DNA from: Minisyncoccia bacterium
Lineage (GTDB): Bacteria > Patescibacteriota > Minisyncoccia > Phycocordibacterales > Phycocordibacteraceae
Assembly: GCA_041485695.1 (NCBI GenBank)
Contig: JBGPJZ010000002.1
Coordinates: forward strand, 1,499-65,498
Length of the DNA: 64,000 nt
Direction of reading: 5' to 3'
The notes beneath the pieces were generated by a model that did not search any database, was not told the DNA's origin, and saw only the letters and a program-made list of their open reading frames with translations. The translations under genes and the position numbers were made by a program. Numbering within the stretch: the stretch's first letter is position 1; every line of letters begins with the position of its first letter. Shown one piece after another: positions 16,092 through 26,111 of this stretch.

Positions 16092-18488
16092 ATGGAGTCG
16101 TATAGTGGCGTTATGCGCGCTCGCACGCTCGTGTTCGCTGTTCTTCTCTTCACTGTAATGCCAGCGGTCGCTGAGGCCGCTCCGCATCTGTTCTGGGGTA
16201 ATCCGGAGTGGGACCCTAATACGGGAGCCTTAATCCAGGCGAGCGTAGCCAGCATTACCGACAACACAGATGCCGCCGTGCCCTTTAACGTAAGCAAGGG
16301 CGTATGGGTTGAGTATGCGCCGAACCATGCGGGAATCGGGCTTTTATATTTCGTGCCGCAAGGCGGTGGGCCGCGGGAGCTCGTCGCGACCATCGGCGGC
16401 ATTGCCGGCGTCTCCGAACTCGCCTGGACGCGAGGAGGCTCTTACGAACTCGACGTCTACAATCCCCTTGTCATCATCGAGGTGCGCTCGAATGCCGAGC
16501 GCTTCTTCACATGGCTCTTTGGGGAACATGCGTATGCCCAAAACATAGGCAAGTATGTCGGAACCATTCATTTCAACATTCACGAAAAATCCGCTGATGG
16601 AGCTCCGAGCGTCCTATTCATCCCCGGCATGAAAGGCAGCGTGCTCAAGGTCGGTAACGACACGGTTTGGCCGCCAGATATATGGAGCGACGACCTCCCA
16701 GAGTTGGCGCTAACCGCTGCGGGAGAAAGCGTGAACCCGGTCGTCGTCGACGGCCCGCTTGAGACATTCTACGGCACCCCGATTTACGGTGGGTTTAGCT
16801 CTTTCATGAATGAGCTTGTCGCAACCGGCACGGTTGCCGAGTGGGAGCCTCTCCCCTATGACTGGCGATTCTCCCCTGAACGAATCCTTGCTGACGGCAT
16901 CCAGACACCTACCGGCACGGTCGACCCGGTTCAAGAAGTCGAGATGCTCGCGGCGCACTCTAGCACCGGTAAGGTGGTCGTCGTTGCCCACTCAATGGGC
17001 GGATTGCTTGGCAAGGCACTTATCAAGAAACTTGATGAAAAAGGTGAAGCGAATTTGATTGATTCATTCATCATGGTAGGCGTACCACAGCTTGGCACGC
17101 CCCAAGCAATCGCCTCGCTCCTTCATGGGGACGGCGAGGGGATTTTGGCTGGATTTATCGTGAACCCGGCTATCGCGCGCCAAATCGCACAGAACTTTCA
17201 AAGCGCCTACGACTTGCTGCCCTCCCCTCGTTACTTTGATGAAGTTACCGATGCTCCTATCGTGTTCGATCCAATTGCCGCATTTACGCAGGCGTGGCGC
17301 GACTATTGGGGCCCGGCGATTGATAGCTACGCTGAATTCTTCTCGTTCGTAACCGGAGGCGGCGTAGCACGCATTAAGCCTGATTTCAGTGATTTGCATC
17401 GGCCCGAAATACTTCGTACCGACCTAACCGAAAACGCGAGAGACTTTCACGCTACATACGATACCTATGTATTCCCTCCTTCAATACGCGTAGTGCAAAT
17501 AGCAGGCTGGGGTATCCCGACAGTAAAAACCATTGACTACAAAATGGAGCACTTCGCGCAAAACTACGAACCGCTTTTCACGATCGAAGGTGACGATACT
17601 GTCGTATATCCGAGTGCGACTTCTTCTGTCGCTGATGAGACGTATTTCTTAAATCTTGAGAAATATAGAAAAGAGAAGGATAAAAGCGCACATCATCGAG
17701 ACTTGCTCAGCGCAACTCCAGTTCAAGATATTGTTAATGCAACGATAAAAAATGAAATCATTACAGAAACGAATTATCTAACGCAGTCAAAACCAAGCGC
17801 AAACAACCTTATTGATCAGCTTATTGTAAGCGCCCATTCACCCGTCATTCTTGGTGCCTATGACCAAGGCGGGCACTTCAGCGGTATCAACCAGAATCAA
17901 AACCTGGGAGCAGACGTCCTTTCTGTTACTGAAGACATCCCAGGGAGCACCTTCTTATCTTTTGCCGACAGCCAGTATCTATTCCTCCCCAAAACCGGCC
18001 CATACACGATGGGCTTTAAAGGATTGGGGGCTGGCCTCGCAACGGTAGCTATCGAAAATTTCGCAGGTGATACCGCGACCCCTATTGCTACGTATTCAGA
18101 CATCCTGATTACCGCGAGCACCAGCGCGACGTTTGTCGTGAATAGCTCCTCACCGCAAGATACCCATATACAGGTGGACTCTAACAACGACGGCCAGGTT
18201 GACATGTATGTCGCTCCTGATAACCAGCCGCTCACTTTCAACGAACTTTTGGTAAATTTGAAGACCGTAATCCGAAATCTCGCCGTTAAAGACAAATTGA
18301 AAACTAACCTCCTCAAGAAAGTCGCAAATATGGAGAAAAAGATCGCAAAACAAAAGAACAAAAAGGCTTCAAAAACGGTTATGAACCTAGAGAAACAAAT
18401 AACGAGGAAGGCAAATAAAGATAAAATATCTGACACTGAAGCACAAGATATTCTGAATTTGCTGAGTCAGATAGAAAACGCGCTATAA
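16092..18488 (+). CDS. Secreted LCAT-like (lecithin:cholesterol acyltransferase family) lipase/acyltransferase with a Lys-rich coiled-coil tail
   Basis: Signal peptide MRARTLVFAVLLFTVMPAVAEA (probable start at 16113); PLPYDWR motif characteristic of the LCAT/PDAT family; nucleophile elbow VVAHSMGGLLG; C-terminal about 70-aa K/E-rich helix. Confidence 0.55.
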   Translation: MESYSGVMRARTLVFAVLLFTVMPAVAEAAPHLFWGNPEWDPNTGALIQASVASITDNTDAAVPFNVSKGVWVEYAPNHAGIGLLYFVPQGGGPRELVATIGGIAGVSELAWTRGGSYELDVYNPLVIIEVRSNAERFFTWLFGEHAYAQNIGKYVGTIHFNIHEKSADGAPSVLFIPGMKGSVLKVGNDTVWPPDIWSDDLPELALTAAGESVNPVVVDGPLETFYGTPIYGGFSSFMNELVATGTVAEWEPLPYDWRFSPERILADGIQTPTGTVDPVQEVEMLAAHSSTGKVVVVAHSMGGLLGKALIKKLDEKGEANLIDSFIMVGVPQLGTPQAIASLLHGDGEGILAGFIVNPAIARQIAQNFQSAYDLLPSPRYFDEVTDAPIVFDPIAAFTQAWRDYWGPAIDSYAEFFSFVTGGGVARIKPDFSDLHRPEILRTDLTENARDFHATYDTYVFPPSIRVVQIAGWGIPTVKTIDYKMEHFAQNYEPLFTIEGDDTVVYPSATSSVADETYFLNLEKYRKEKDKSAHHRDLLSATPVQDIVNATIKNEIITETNYLTQSKPSANNLIDQLIVSAHSPVILGAYDQGGHFSGINQNQNLGADVLSVTEDIPGSTFLSFADSQYLFLPKTGPYTMGFKGLGAGLATVAIENFAGDTATPIATYSDILITASTSATFVVNSSSPQDTHIQVDSNNDGQVDMYVAPDNQPLTFNELLVNLKTVIRNLAVKDKLKTNLLKKVANMEKKIAKQKNKKASKTVMNLEKQITRKANKDKISDTEAQDILNLLSQIENAL

Positions 18489-18498
18489 TTTCTACAGC

Positions 18499-18900
18499 AT
18501 GAAAAACAAACTTATCTTGGTTTTCTTTATCTTCTCTCTCATTGGTTTCGCAGTTGGATACTATTTGCTTAAAATCTACGACTGCGAATATAGCGTATTT
18601 TGCTACAATCTTGCAACAAGGGCCTTCGCTCTCTACTACGGAATGCCTGCTCTTGCTCTAGTCTTTTCCATGCTGCTCTTCATCCCACGTGCGCTTGATG
18701 CATGGAAGAAGTTTGCAATATGGTTTGTACCGCTTGCGGCTTTACTCTTTATTTTCTATCCAGAACCCGGCTCTGGTGACTTATTCTCGCCTTATCCCGA
18801 GCAAATCTTTCAATGGGTCAGTGCTCTATATGTCGTGGTAAGCGTCGTCATTATTGCGATTGTATCGTTACGTACATCAGAGCCGTTAACTAATCGGTAA
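18499..18900 (+). CDS. Membrane protein (3-4 TM), hypothetical
   Basis: 133 aa, hydrophobic, with a Cys-containing loop. Confidence 0.35.
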   Translation: MKNKLILVFFIFSLIGFAVGYYLLKIYDCEYSVFCYNLATRAFALYYGMPALALVFSMLLFIPRALDAWKKFAIWFVPLAALLFIFYPEPGSGDLFSPYPEQIFQWVSALYVVVSVVIIAIVSLRTSEPLTNR

Positions 18901-20481
18901 CTCAACGATGAAGCGAGAGCCTTTGCCAGGGCCGTCGCTTTCGGCCCAGATTGTGCCCCCATGCCCTTCAACGAGCTGTTTCGCGACGTAGAGCCCCAAG
19001 CCCGTACCGGTAGTGTTCACTTTGTTCGCGCCCCTGGCGCGCGTGAACTTCTCAAAGAGGCCACCTATCTCCTCCTTCGGGATGCCTATGCCGGTATCTA
19101 AAATAGTGACGCGCGCCTTACCGTTTTCGCCTTTTACGGCAACCGTCACGCGCCCCTTTTCGGTGTATTTGATGGCGTTATCGACGAGGTTTGAAATGAC
19201 TTGTTTTATCTTGCCTACGTCTGCAGTCACCTTGAGCGCATCGGATGTTTCAAGCGTGAGGGCAAGGCCGCGCCGCTCGGCCACAGGATGCAATTCTTCA
19301 ACCGTTTTTTTAGTCACATCGGCAAGGTCGAAACTGCTCTTTTCATACTTCATCCGCCCCTGTTCGATGCGCGAGATATTCAAATAATCCTCAATCGAGT
19401 TGGCCATGTTGCGTGCCGAGTCGTTAATGCGCGACAAGGGCTCACGCATCTTTTCTGACGTTTCGCCATAATCCCCCTGCAAGATAAGCGAGGCGTAGCC
19501 TCGTATCGCCGTAATCGGCGCTCGCAGTTGGTGTGAGGCAATCGACAAAAACTCACTTTTCGCCTGATCAAGCTCCTTTAATTTCTCGTTCGCAATCTCG
19601 AGATTGAAAGTATCTTGGACAATCTTGATGCTCCCCAAAAGGATGATGATGAAGGCGGCGATATTAATAGCTACCGCACTGACGTTTGTCGAGTATACGA
19701 TATTCACAAAACTGAACACGGTCACCATAAAACCTAGGAACGCCGTGGCTGCGACTTTCAAGTTAAATAAATGGTGGCGATAAATCGCATATGAAATAAG
19801 TGCAACGAACGGGAGAATAAATAGTGCGGCAAGAGGAATGAAGCTCACATTGGCAAATACATTTGGCAAAATCACGTTGAAATTAAGAATGAGAATGGCC
19901 ATGACCGTCATTCCTATGGATACAGCCGTAATCTGCCTGCGTTCAGATAACTCCATTGTCTCGCTTCTCTTTTTAAACAAGAAAACGATGCTCGCAATCA
20001 ATAGCCCAAAGGCAAGAAGCATGAAAAGGAGGACCCCAGGAGCAGGATCCGCCCGTGTTACCTGGCCAATGGGAGCAAGCGACGCGATACCTGAAAAGAC
20101 GAATGGTGTGAGCGTTAGGATAGCGACAGCCCCCACCGCGGGAACGAGAACCCACTTATACCAATGTGGGAACACTACTTTTTCTTTAGGAAATACGTAG
20201 GCGAACTGGAAAAAGATGAAGGCATATAAAGTCGAGAAAAAGAGATGGAACCTGAGCGCCCACAAAATGCCATTGACAGTAGTAAACCTGTATTCAAGAT
20301 AGTTGGAGATGCTCCAAATAACGGTAATGACTGCGAAAGCAAAAAAAGTCTGGTTGGTTATGCTGGTGCGATTATTAAAAAGGATAACCGCGCCAAGTAG
20401 CGTTATGCCAGCGATAGCTACACCGACGCTCAAAAGATCAAGATTTATCTGAACGAGCTGACTAACGCCAGAGATGCCCAT
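18886..20481 (-). CDS. Sensor histidine kinase with polytopic N-terminal membrane domain
   Basis: About 8 TM helices, then a HisKA H-box (SHQLRAPITAIRGY) and an HATPase_c domain with N-box NLVDNAIKYT, DTGIGIP and GTGLGL. Confidence 0.85.
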   Translation of the reverse strand: MGISGVSQLVQINLDLLSVGVAIAGITLLGAVILFNNRTSITNQTFFAFAVITVIWSISNYLEYRFTTVNGILWALRFHLFFSTLYAFIFFQFAYVFPKEKVVFPHWYKWVLVPAVGAVAILTLTPFVFSGIASLAPIGQVTRADPAPGVLLFMLLAFGLLIASIVFLFKKRSETMELSERRQITAVSIGMTVMAILILNFNVILPNVFANVSFIPLAALFILPFVALISYAIYRHHLFNLKVAATAFLGFMVTVFSFVNIVYSTNVSAVAINIAAFIIILLGSIKIVQDTFNLEIANEKLKELDQAKSEFLSIASHQLRAPITAIRGYASLILQGDYGETSEKMREPLSRINDSARNMANSIEDYLNISRIEQGRMKYEKSSFDLADVTKKTVEELHPVAERRGLALTLETSDALKVTADVGKIKQVISNLVDNAIKYTEKGRVTVAVKGENGKARVTILDTGIGIPKEEIGGLFEKFTRARGANKVNTTGTGLGLYVAKQLVEGHGGTIWAESDGPGKGSRFIVELPIS

Positions 20482-20483
20482 GG

Positions 20484-21416
20484 TTATTTATAATACTTCA
20501 AAAGATAGAACCCTGTCGTCCCATAAAAACTAATAACTCCACGACCCTTAGTATACTGGACGACATCTTTCTTACCGCGAAAGCGCAGATTTGAAAATAC
20601 CTCTCCATTGAGAAAATGGGGGTAGTTCCATCCAACAATGGCTTGAGGAAGCATAACTGGCCAGCTTTTATAGCCATCCAGTTCAATGTGCTGTTTAGCT
20701 ATCGTTTCGCAAGCTTGATCAAGTTTCTCTTGCTCCGGCAAATTAAGATGGTGACGAAAGAGAGAGTGGTAAACGAGGTCGAAATGCTTTGGTGGGAACT
20801 TGTTTGCGAGTTCAAATATATCGTTCGTGCACATGACGACAAGAATCTTCTTTTGTGATTTCTCTCGCATTCGTTTTAAATCTTCCGCGGTAATTTCACC
20901 GACCTCCACAATCTCTGCCTTTTCGGCGAATTCTTTCAAATTCTTATCCGCAATTTTGCGCGTTATCGAGGATTTATCTACGGCAACGATAGTCAGCGCG
21001 TGAGGATGATTTGTTTTGAGGGCCCATTCGATGACTTGCCTATCCACCTCCATGCCTCCTGCGCCGAGATCAGCAATTATAAGGTCTCGATTTTCGCTCT
21101 GAATGTATTCAGTAATTGCATTAACTAGTGGGGTTATGAGACCCGGATTTTTGCGTCTCTGCATCTCAATAAGCCGACTATGCATTTCTACATCCCATTC
21201 TTCGACCGGAAAGTCGGTGAGCTCAAGAAGTCGAGAGCCGTCGAGCTTTGGTGCTACGAAAAAGAGCCACCAGATATAGCCCGGCAAAGACCGCGCCGCG
21301 TTCAAAAAAACAATATTCGCATCTATCGCGTACTGCTGGTTCGCATAGACAGGGTCCTTTCTAAAAGACTCAAGTTTCTGAAGCGCCTGCTGTATCTGTC
21401 CAGTTCTGGCCGACAT
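20484..21416 (-). CDS. Hypothetical protein, possible SAM-dependent methyltransferase fold
   Basis: 310 aa, AT-rich coding sequence; LIIADLGAGGMEV resembles methyltransferase motif I. Weak evidence. Confidence 0.3.
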   Translation of the reverse strand: MSARTGQIQQALQKLESFRKDPVYANQQYAIDANIVFLNAARSLPGYIWWLFFVAPKLDGSRLLELTDFPVEEWDVEMHSRLIEMQRRKNPGLITPLVNAITEYIQSENRDLIIADLGAGGMEVDRQVIEWALKTNHPHALTIVAVDKSSITRKIADKNLKEFAEKAEIVEVGEITAEDLKRMREKSQKKILVVMCTNDIFELANKFPPKHFDLVYHSLFRHHLNLPEQEKLDQACETIAKQHIELDGYKSWPVMLPQAIVGWNYPHFLNGEVFSNLRFRGKKDVVQYTKGRGVISFYGTTGFYLLKYYK

Positions 21417-21592
21417 TTAGTAATTGTACCTCGAAGACAACTCTTGAAGAAGAGCGCCGTACAAAAAACCACTCCGGCCGTACCAAAAAAGCAGGTGTCA
21501 AGCCGAGTTATCCCCAGTGGGAGTTTACTTCCCTCTTACAATTGCCGGGAGTTTCTTCTACTCGATAGTAAGTTGACACCATAGATAGAGTA

Positions 21593-21874
21593 ATGCTAGA
21601 GTTGAACTGGGCCTTAAGGAGGTGGCCTAAAATGCGAGCGAAAAAGTTTAGTTTCTCAGTGCGTAACGAAGACTTCAAGTTCCCAGAATGTTCGAATCCC
21701 CTCTGCCTGGGTGGTTGCGTGCTGATCGCGATCAAACCAGAGGGTGTCGCTCTCCGTGACTCGAAGGACACGAAGGGACGAGAGACCACCATGTTCTTCA
21801 CGAATCTCGAGTGGGACCACTTTCTCAAGGGCGTCAGGAATGGCGAGTTCGAAATCGCCGGCACCGTCGACTAG
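21593..21874 (+). CDS. DUF397-domain protein
   Basis: C-terminal …GGCVLIAIKPEGVALRDSKDTKGRETTMFFTNLEWDHFLKGVRNGEFE matches the DUF397 consensus (CVEVA…VAVRDSKDP…f…EW.aFl.gvk.GEFD). Confidence 0.5.
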   Translation: MLELNWALRRWPKMRAKKFSFSVRNEDFKFPECSNPLCLGGCVLIAIKPEGVALRDSKDTKGRETTMFFTNLEWDHFLKGVRNGEFEIAGTVD

Positions 21875-21919
21875 AAGTGATCCCACATGACGACATTCAT
21901 CGTCATGCTGTAGACTTAG

Positions 21920-21956
21920 GTGAGGGCGGACAGCAAATCCGCCCTCACTTTTTATA
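21920..21956 (+). terminator. Intrinsic terminator after the DUF397 gene
   Basis: GTGAGGGCGGA-cagcaaa-TCCGCCCTCAC (11-bp perfect stem) followed by TTTTTATAAT. A second 8-bp hairpin (CATGACGA…TCGTCATG) lies at 21886-21907. Confidence 0.7.
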
Positions 21957-22403
21957 ATGACAAAACCACTATTTATTCATGGGTTAGGCGAACAAGCGAG
22001 CAACTACCGAGCTCTCTCGCGTTCTTTTGATCTATACAATATCGACTGGAATCGACCGCTCACGAATCAAGTTGCAAAAATCCCTAAAAAATATGACACC
22101 ATTATTGGTTTTAGTTGGGGTGCAGTTGCCGCCTGTTTTTACGCGGGACAATTCCCAGTGAAATTCCTTATCTTGTGTTCTATGCCCTCAGGGGCGGACG
22201 CTGCTTACATGGCAAATTTGAAAGCTGAAAAAGTGATTTTTCTGTTTGGCCAGAAAGAGAAGTGGCCAGCGAAGGACAACCGCCGGATTACGAAGCAAAT
22301 GAAAAAGCAGTTCACTCGTCAGATTATTGTGGCGAACGAAGGGCATAGAATAACTAAGCCTTACCTTAAAACTATTTTAGAAACCATTAAGGATGTAGCT
22401 TGA
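21957..22403 (+). CDS. Small alpha/beta-hydrolase-fold protein
   Basis: 148 aa; LFIHGLG, nucleophile-elbow-like GFSWGA, C-terminal EGH. Confidence 0.45.
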   Translation: MTKPLFIHGLGEQASNYRALSRSFDLYNIDWNRPLTNQVAKIPKKYDTIIGFSWGAVAACFYAGQFPVKFLILCSMPSGADAAYMANLKAEKVIFLFGQKEKWPAKDNRRITKQMKKQFTRQIIVANEGHRITKPYLKTILETIKDVA

Positions 22404-22427
22404 TTCTAGCTAATCGACGCAAGTATT

Positions 22428-23810
22428 ATGAATCACGAAAGACCTACAACACCATCGCTACCCGCAGAGAAAGAAAGAGATACTATCATTGAAGAAGCGG
22501 GTGCCGCCGAGAGTAGAGTAAGCAGTGCTGCCGAACAGCAAGTCGAAAAATCGAGCGCGCAGCATTCTGAACACAACGATTATGGTCTTTTAGATCACGC
22601 GAAATATCGTGATCGAATGTTGCCTGAACTTATTGAGAATAAAGAGCTAGATCTGAACGGGAATGATTTAGAGATAGTCAGGGAGTACCTTACCAAGCAA
22701 GATCCCGCCTTTGTAGCCGATTTGAGATTAATGATAGGAGGTCAGAAAGCTATGAGTATGGGGGTTGAAACAGTCATTACAATTCCCTCTTATCAAGAAG
22801 GGAGAAATTTGGAAAAGACTCTGCGGAATTATGCAAAATTGAACAATAGAAATGGTTTTGAGATCGTAATTTTGGAGAATCATCCAGAAGGCGTTAAGCG
22901 AGATAATTCTGCTGATATTATCGACAGCGTTAGGAAAGAATTTCCGGATCTTAATATCGTTCATCTCTACAAAGTTTTCAAAGAGAAACCGGCCATTGGC
23001 GGAGTTCGTAAATATCTGGTTGACGCCGTGCTATTAAGAAAATCAGAAAGTAATATAGAGAAGTCGATTGTTATTGTAAGCAACGACGCAGATCTAGAAG
23101 ACATCAGCGAGGATTACGCAAATCAATTGAGCGCGGCGTTCCAGAAAAATAAGAATGTGGATGCAATTGAAGGAAAGCGGGATTACCCAGCCGAGACCTA
23201 TAGAAAGTACCCACTACTGCATGCGAGCCAACGCCTATGGAATTATCTTGATATTGCATTCAAAAAATACCATTTAAAGACAGAAGAATTGACCGGAACC
23301 AACAGTGCATTTCGCTCCGGTATCTATGCGGCGATTGGCGGATACAACGAGAAAGCGCAGCTCGCCGAAGACTGGGAACTCGGTCAATTAATCAAGGAGG
23401 CGCGAGGGGGTGACTCCGAGCGCATCAAGCATCTTAACTCAACATGGCTTATTTCGAATCCGCGACGGGCTGTTGTGACCATGCTTTCTGGTCGTAACTT
23501 GATTCAGCAACACGAGGATTTCCATGTAAATGAGGAGGTGCGCAAAACCTCAGTAGAAGACTTGTTACGAGAAAAGCGAGATCTAGATGAGAAGGAATTT
23601 ACTAATGAGGTTCAGGCCACGTATGAGCATTGTGCAAGATGGAAGAAATCAAAAGGAGGATCGGCTGACGATGAATACATCAACAAGTCTTTTGACCGTG
23701 CAATGCGATTCCTGGGCGTAAATTATGAGATTGTGAATGATAAAGTCATAATTTCGGATATAGCGCGTCTTAGAGAAGGGTTAAGGAAATATGAATTAAA
23801 GAATTCTTAG
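22428..23810 (+). CDS. Family-2 glycosyltransferase with ~100-aa disordered N-terminal region
   Basis: GT-A core VITIPSYQEGRNLEKTL…FEIVILENH and DxD-like SNDADLED; AT-rich codon usage. Confidence 0.55.
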   Translation: MNHERPTTPSLPAEKERDTIIEEAGAAESRVSSAAEQQVEKSSAQHSEHNDYGLLDHAKYRDRMLPELIENKELDLNGNDLEIVREYLTKQDPAFVADLRLMIGGQKAMSMGVETVITIPSYQEGRNLEKTLRNYAKLNNRNGFEIVILENHPEGVKRDNSADIIDSVRKEFPDLNIVHLYKVFKEKPAIGGVRKYLVDAVLLRKSESNIEKSIVIVSNDADLEDISEDYANQLSAAFQKNKNVDAIEGKRDYPAETYRKYPLLHASQRLWNYLDIAFKKYHLKTEELTGTNSAFRSGIYAAIGGYNEKAQLAEDWELGQLIKEARGGDSERIKHLNSTWLISNPRRAVVTMLSGRNLIQQHEDFHVNEEVRKTSVEDLLREKRDLDEKEFTNEVQATYEHCARWKKSKGGSADDEYINKSFDRAMRFLGVNYEIVNDKVIISDIARLREGLRKYELKNS

Positions 23811-23822
23811 GGGTAAAAGGTG

Positions 23823-24902
23823 TTAGGAATCTTTCTTGGGTCTAATCGTCACAGTGTCCACAAGCGGGAAGCGGACGGCCTGTGCTGAAGGCGGCTCGCC
23901 CTTGCCGACACGAAACATGAATGCGAGGTGACGATCTCCCGCTTTGAAGATATCTACGGCTACTTGGTACGCACTTAGAATCGTGTCTTTTTCTTTTGTT
24001 GAAAAGTCGCTACCCTCCCCTCCTTTAATTTTGAGCTTGAAAAAGAGTACACCCGTCATCGGTTGAAATGAGAGGCCAAGCGAGGTCGCGATGAGCCAGA
24101 GCCGCTCTACTGCGCGGCCTACTTTTACAAAATCGATTGGCTCTGTCCCGCTAACCGTGAGGCCGCCGATAGCACTCGCGGCCGCATTCGTCACCCCGTT
24201 TTGAATAGCCACGACTCGATTGAAACCGAGGACTAAGAACAGGCGCATGATGCCCCACTTCTTAAAAAGCCTAAACATTATCTGTGCGGGTGGCGGTAAC
24301 TCGAGCGTCTTGATATAAAAACCGATTTTCTTTTTGTCATCCTCTTCTTTTGTCCAATTTATATGACTAAAGAAAAAGCTGTGGAGCGACTGGTTCGCAA
24401 GCATGACCTCTTCGTTCGTCGAACCGACGCGCCCCAGGCACCTAATATCTTCAGGAGCCTCTACGAGCGTCAAAGCACCTTGCCCGGCGGCCATAAGTGC
24501 CTGTCGCGCTTCGCTCGAAAGAGGCTCCTTACCGTACGGCTTACGATTTGAGACGCGCTTAAAAATAAAGAATGTAAGTGGGTCGGGCTTTACGGTCGAA
24601 TCTTTTGTAAGAGTGAGCGTCGCAACATGGTACTTGTCAGTTGAGTTGGGGAAGTATGCGACATCTACTCGATACCCCTTGCCGCTTGCGGCAATAATCA
24701 TATTTTCTATTGCGGCACCATTAGCGAGATAGGAGCCCCTTTGACCCCAACCGTAGGCAGATTGATCTCGCTCTGGTAGTACATGAACTTCGACAGTGTT
24801 GGCCAACACGACAAAATGCCAGGGCTGACAATTCTCCCCCGAGGGGGCCTGACTCCCCGCCACCAGAATGCGTTCAAGCTCCTGGGAGAGGCCAGAGATC
24901 AT
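23823..24902 (-). CDS. Nitroreductase-fold (SagB/McbC-type dehydrogenase-like) protein, apparent tandem two-domain form
   Basis: N-terminal APSGENCQPWHFVV (canonical nitroreductase FMN-binding motif); a second RxSNRKPY-type start near residue 115; 359 aa is long for the fold. Confidence 0.65.
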   Translation of the reverse strand: MISGLSQELERILVAGSQAPSGENCQPWHFVVLANTVEVHVLPERDQSAYGWGQRGSYLANGAAIENMIIAASGKGYRVDVAYFPNSTDKYHVATLTLTKDSTVKPDPLTFFIFKRVSNRKPYGKEPLSSEARQALMAAGQGALTLVEAPEDIRCLGRVGSTNEEVMLANQSLHSFFFSHINWTKEEDDKKKIGFYIKTLELPPPAQIMFRLFKKWGIMRLFLVLGFNRVVAIQNGVTNAAASAIGGLTVSGTEPIDFVKVGRAVERLWLIATSLGLSFQPMTGVLFFKLKIKGGEGSDFSTKEKDTILSAYQVAVDIFKAGDRHLAFMFRVGKGEPPSAQAVRFPLVDTVTIRPKKDS

Positions 24903-26083
24903 AGGCCGAATATTTTGGCAAAGTCTGCAGCAACTTGCTTGCGATGCGCTACTGATTCTGGACTGTTGTAGTCGGGAACGAGTTTCTCGTCCATAGATAT
25001 GAGTGCGCGATTGGCTTCAAGTGGCTGGCCATTCAAAATTTTGCGTGCACAATAGGCGACCGCCACACCGTTAATCATGGCGGCACCACCTAGTTGAGGC
25101 CACGACACTATGGTCTTGCCCATTTCTTTAAGTGAGTTTTGCATTCGCTCGGTAACGTTCTCTGGGGCCACGTGCTTCGTGATCATCTTGCCGATGCCAA
25201 ATTTATCTAAATTCTTTAACATGTCGTACGAAACTTCACCCATGCGTCCGTGGAAAAACGGCATGTCTGGCTCAAGGTCGTAACGCTCGATGTCGACTAC
25301 TGCATTGTCGCCATTATCTGCCGCCATAAGAACGGGGATGTGGTGCTTTTTTGCCTGTTCACGAATCAAATATTTCACCGCGAGATTGTCGAGCTCGTCG
25401 ATAACAATGTCGAGGTCGCTACAAAATGCCTCTATGTTTTCTGGATTTAACCCTTCTGAGTGTAGTTCGACTTCTGCGTATGGGTTGAGCTCATAAATCG
25501 TACGTGCTGCAATCTCAACCTTAAGTACGCCGAGCCGATCTGCGCCAGCGAGGATACGGTTCGTATTCGTAAGCGCCAGCCTGTCCATATCGGCGAGTTT
25601 CAAGCGCTTCCCTCCCCCCTGCAAAACAATTGCAAACGCTACTGAAGAGCCGACCGAGAGGCCACCGATACCTATAGTCGCGTTATAAAATTTCTCTTGC
25701 TCCCCTTTCGTAATCAGGTTCTCATTACGTGCCGTACGCACAAGCTGAAACTCCTCTTCAGGCAGGATATGCGTCGCTAAATACCGCCAGGGGAAGTAGG
25801 CCCAGCGACCGTCTTGCCAAAGCGGCTTCTGCGCAGAAAGGGTCTTGAAGTATGTCGCAAATTCCTCTTTAAACGTCGGGGTGTAGACGTGCGAAGGGTT
25901 GCGAATGCCAAAAAGCTCGAGCTGTTGCTCTTCGTAATCGTCTGATATCTGCTTGATTGCACCCGAGGCAATGAGCTCCTCAAAGCGGGTGCGGTCTGCC
26001 TCTAGAGATAGATCAAGGATGACTGGGACGGAGGCGGTGGAGGCCTCCTTTAGCTTGTTTAATTTCCCTTCAAGAGAGTCCAT
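24899..26083 (-). CDS. ThiF/MoeB/HesA (E1-like) adenylyltransferase-family protein with ~130-aa N-terminal extension
   Basis: Nucleotide-binding GIGGLSVGSSVA and ADMDRLALTNTNR (E1 D-x-D…NR signature). Translationally coupled to the nitroreductase gene (4-nt overlap). Confidence 0.7.
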   Translation of the reverse strand: MDSLEGKLNKLKEASTASVPVILDLSLEADRTRFEELIASGAIKQISDDYEEQQLELFGIRNPSHVYTPTFKEEFATYFKTLSAQKPLWQDGRWAYFPWRYLATHILPEEEFQLVRTARNENLITKGEQEKFYNATIGIGGLSVGSSVAFAIVLQGGGKRLKLADMDRLALTNTNRILAGADRLGVLKVEIAARTIYELNPYAEVELHSEGLNPENIEAFCSDLDIVIDELDNLAVKYLIREQAKKHHIPVLMAADNGDNAVVDIERYDLEPDMPFFHGRMGEVSYDMLKNLDKFGIGKMITKHVAPENVTERMQNSLKEMGKTIVSWPQLGGAAMINGVAVAYCARKILNGQPLEANRALISMDEKLVPDYNSPESVAHRKQVAADFAKIFGL

Positions 26084-26111
26084 ACCCCCATATTACCACC
26101 ACCCCCTGTAG

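Noticed and set aside
16055-16402. 115-aa minus-strand ORF overlapping the start of the LCAT-like gene and the 24-nt repeat
   Set aside because: Pro/Gly/Ala-rich antisense frame. It overlaps a signal-peptide-bearing gene with clear family motifs.
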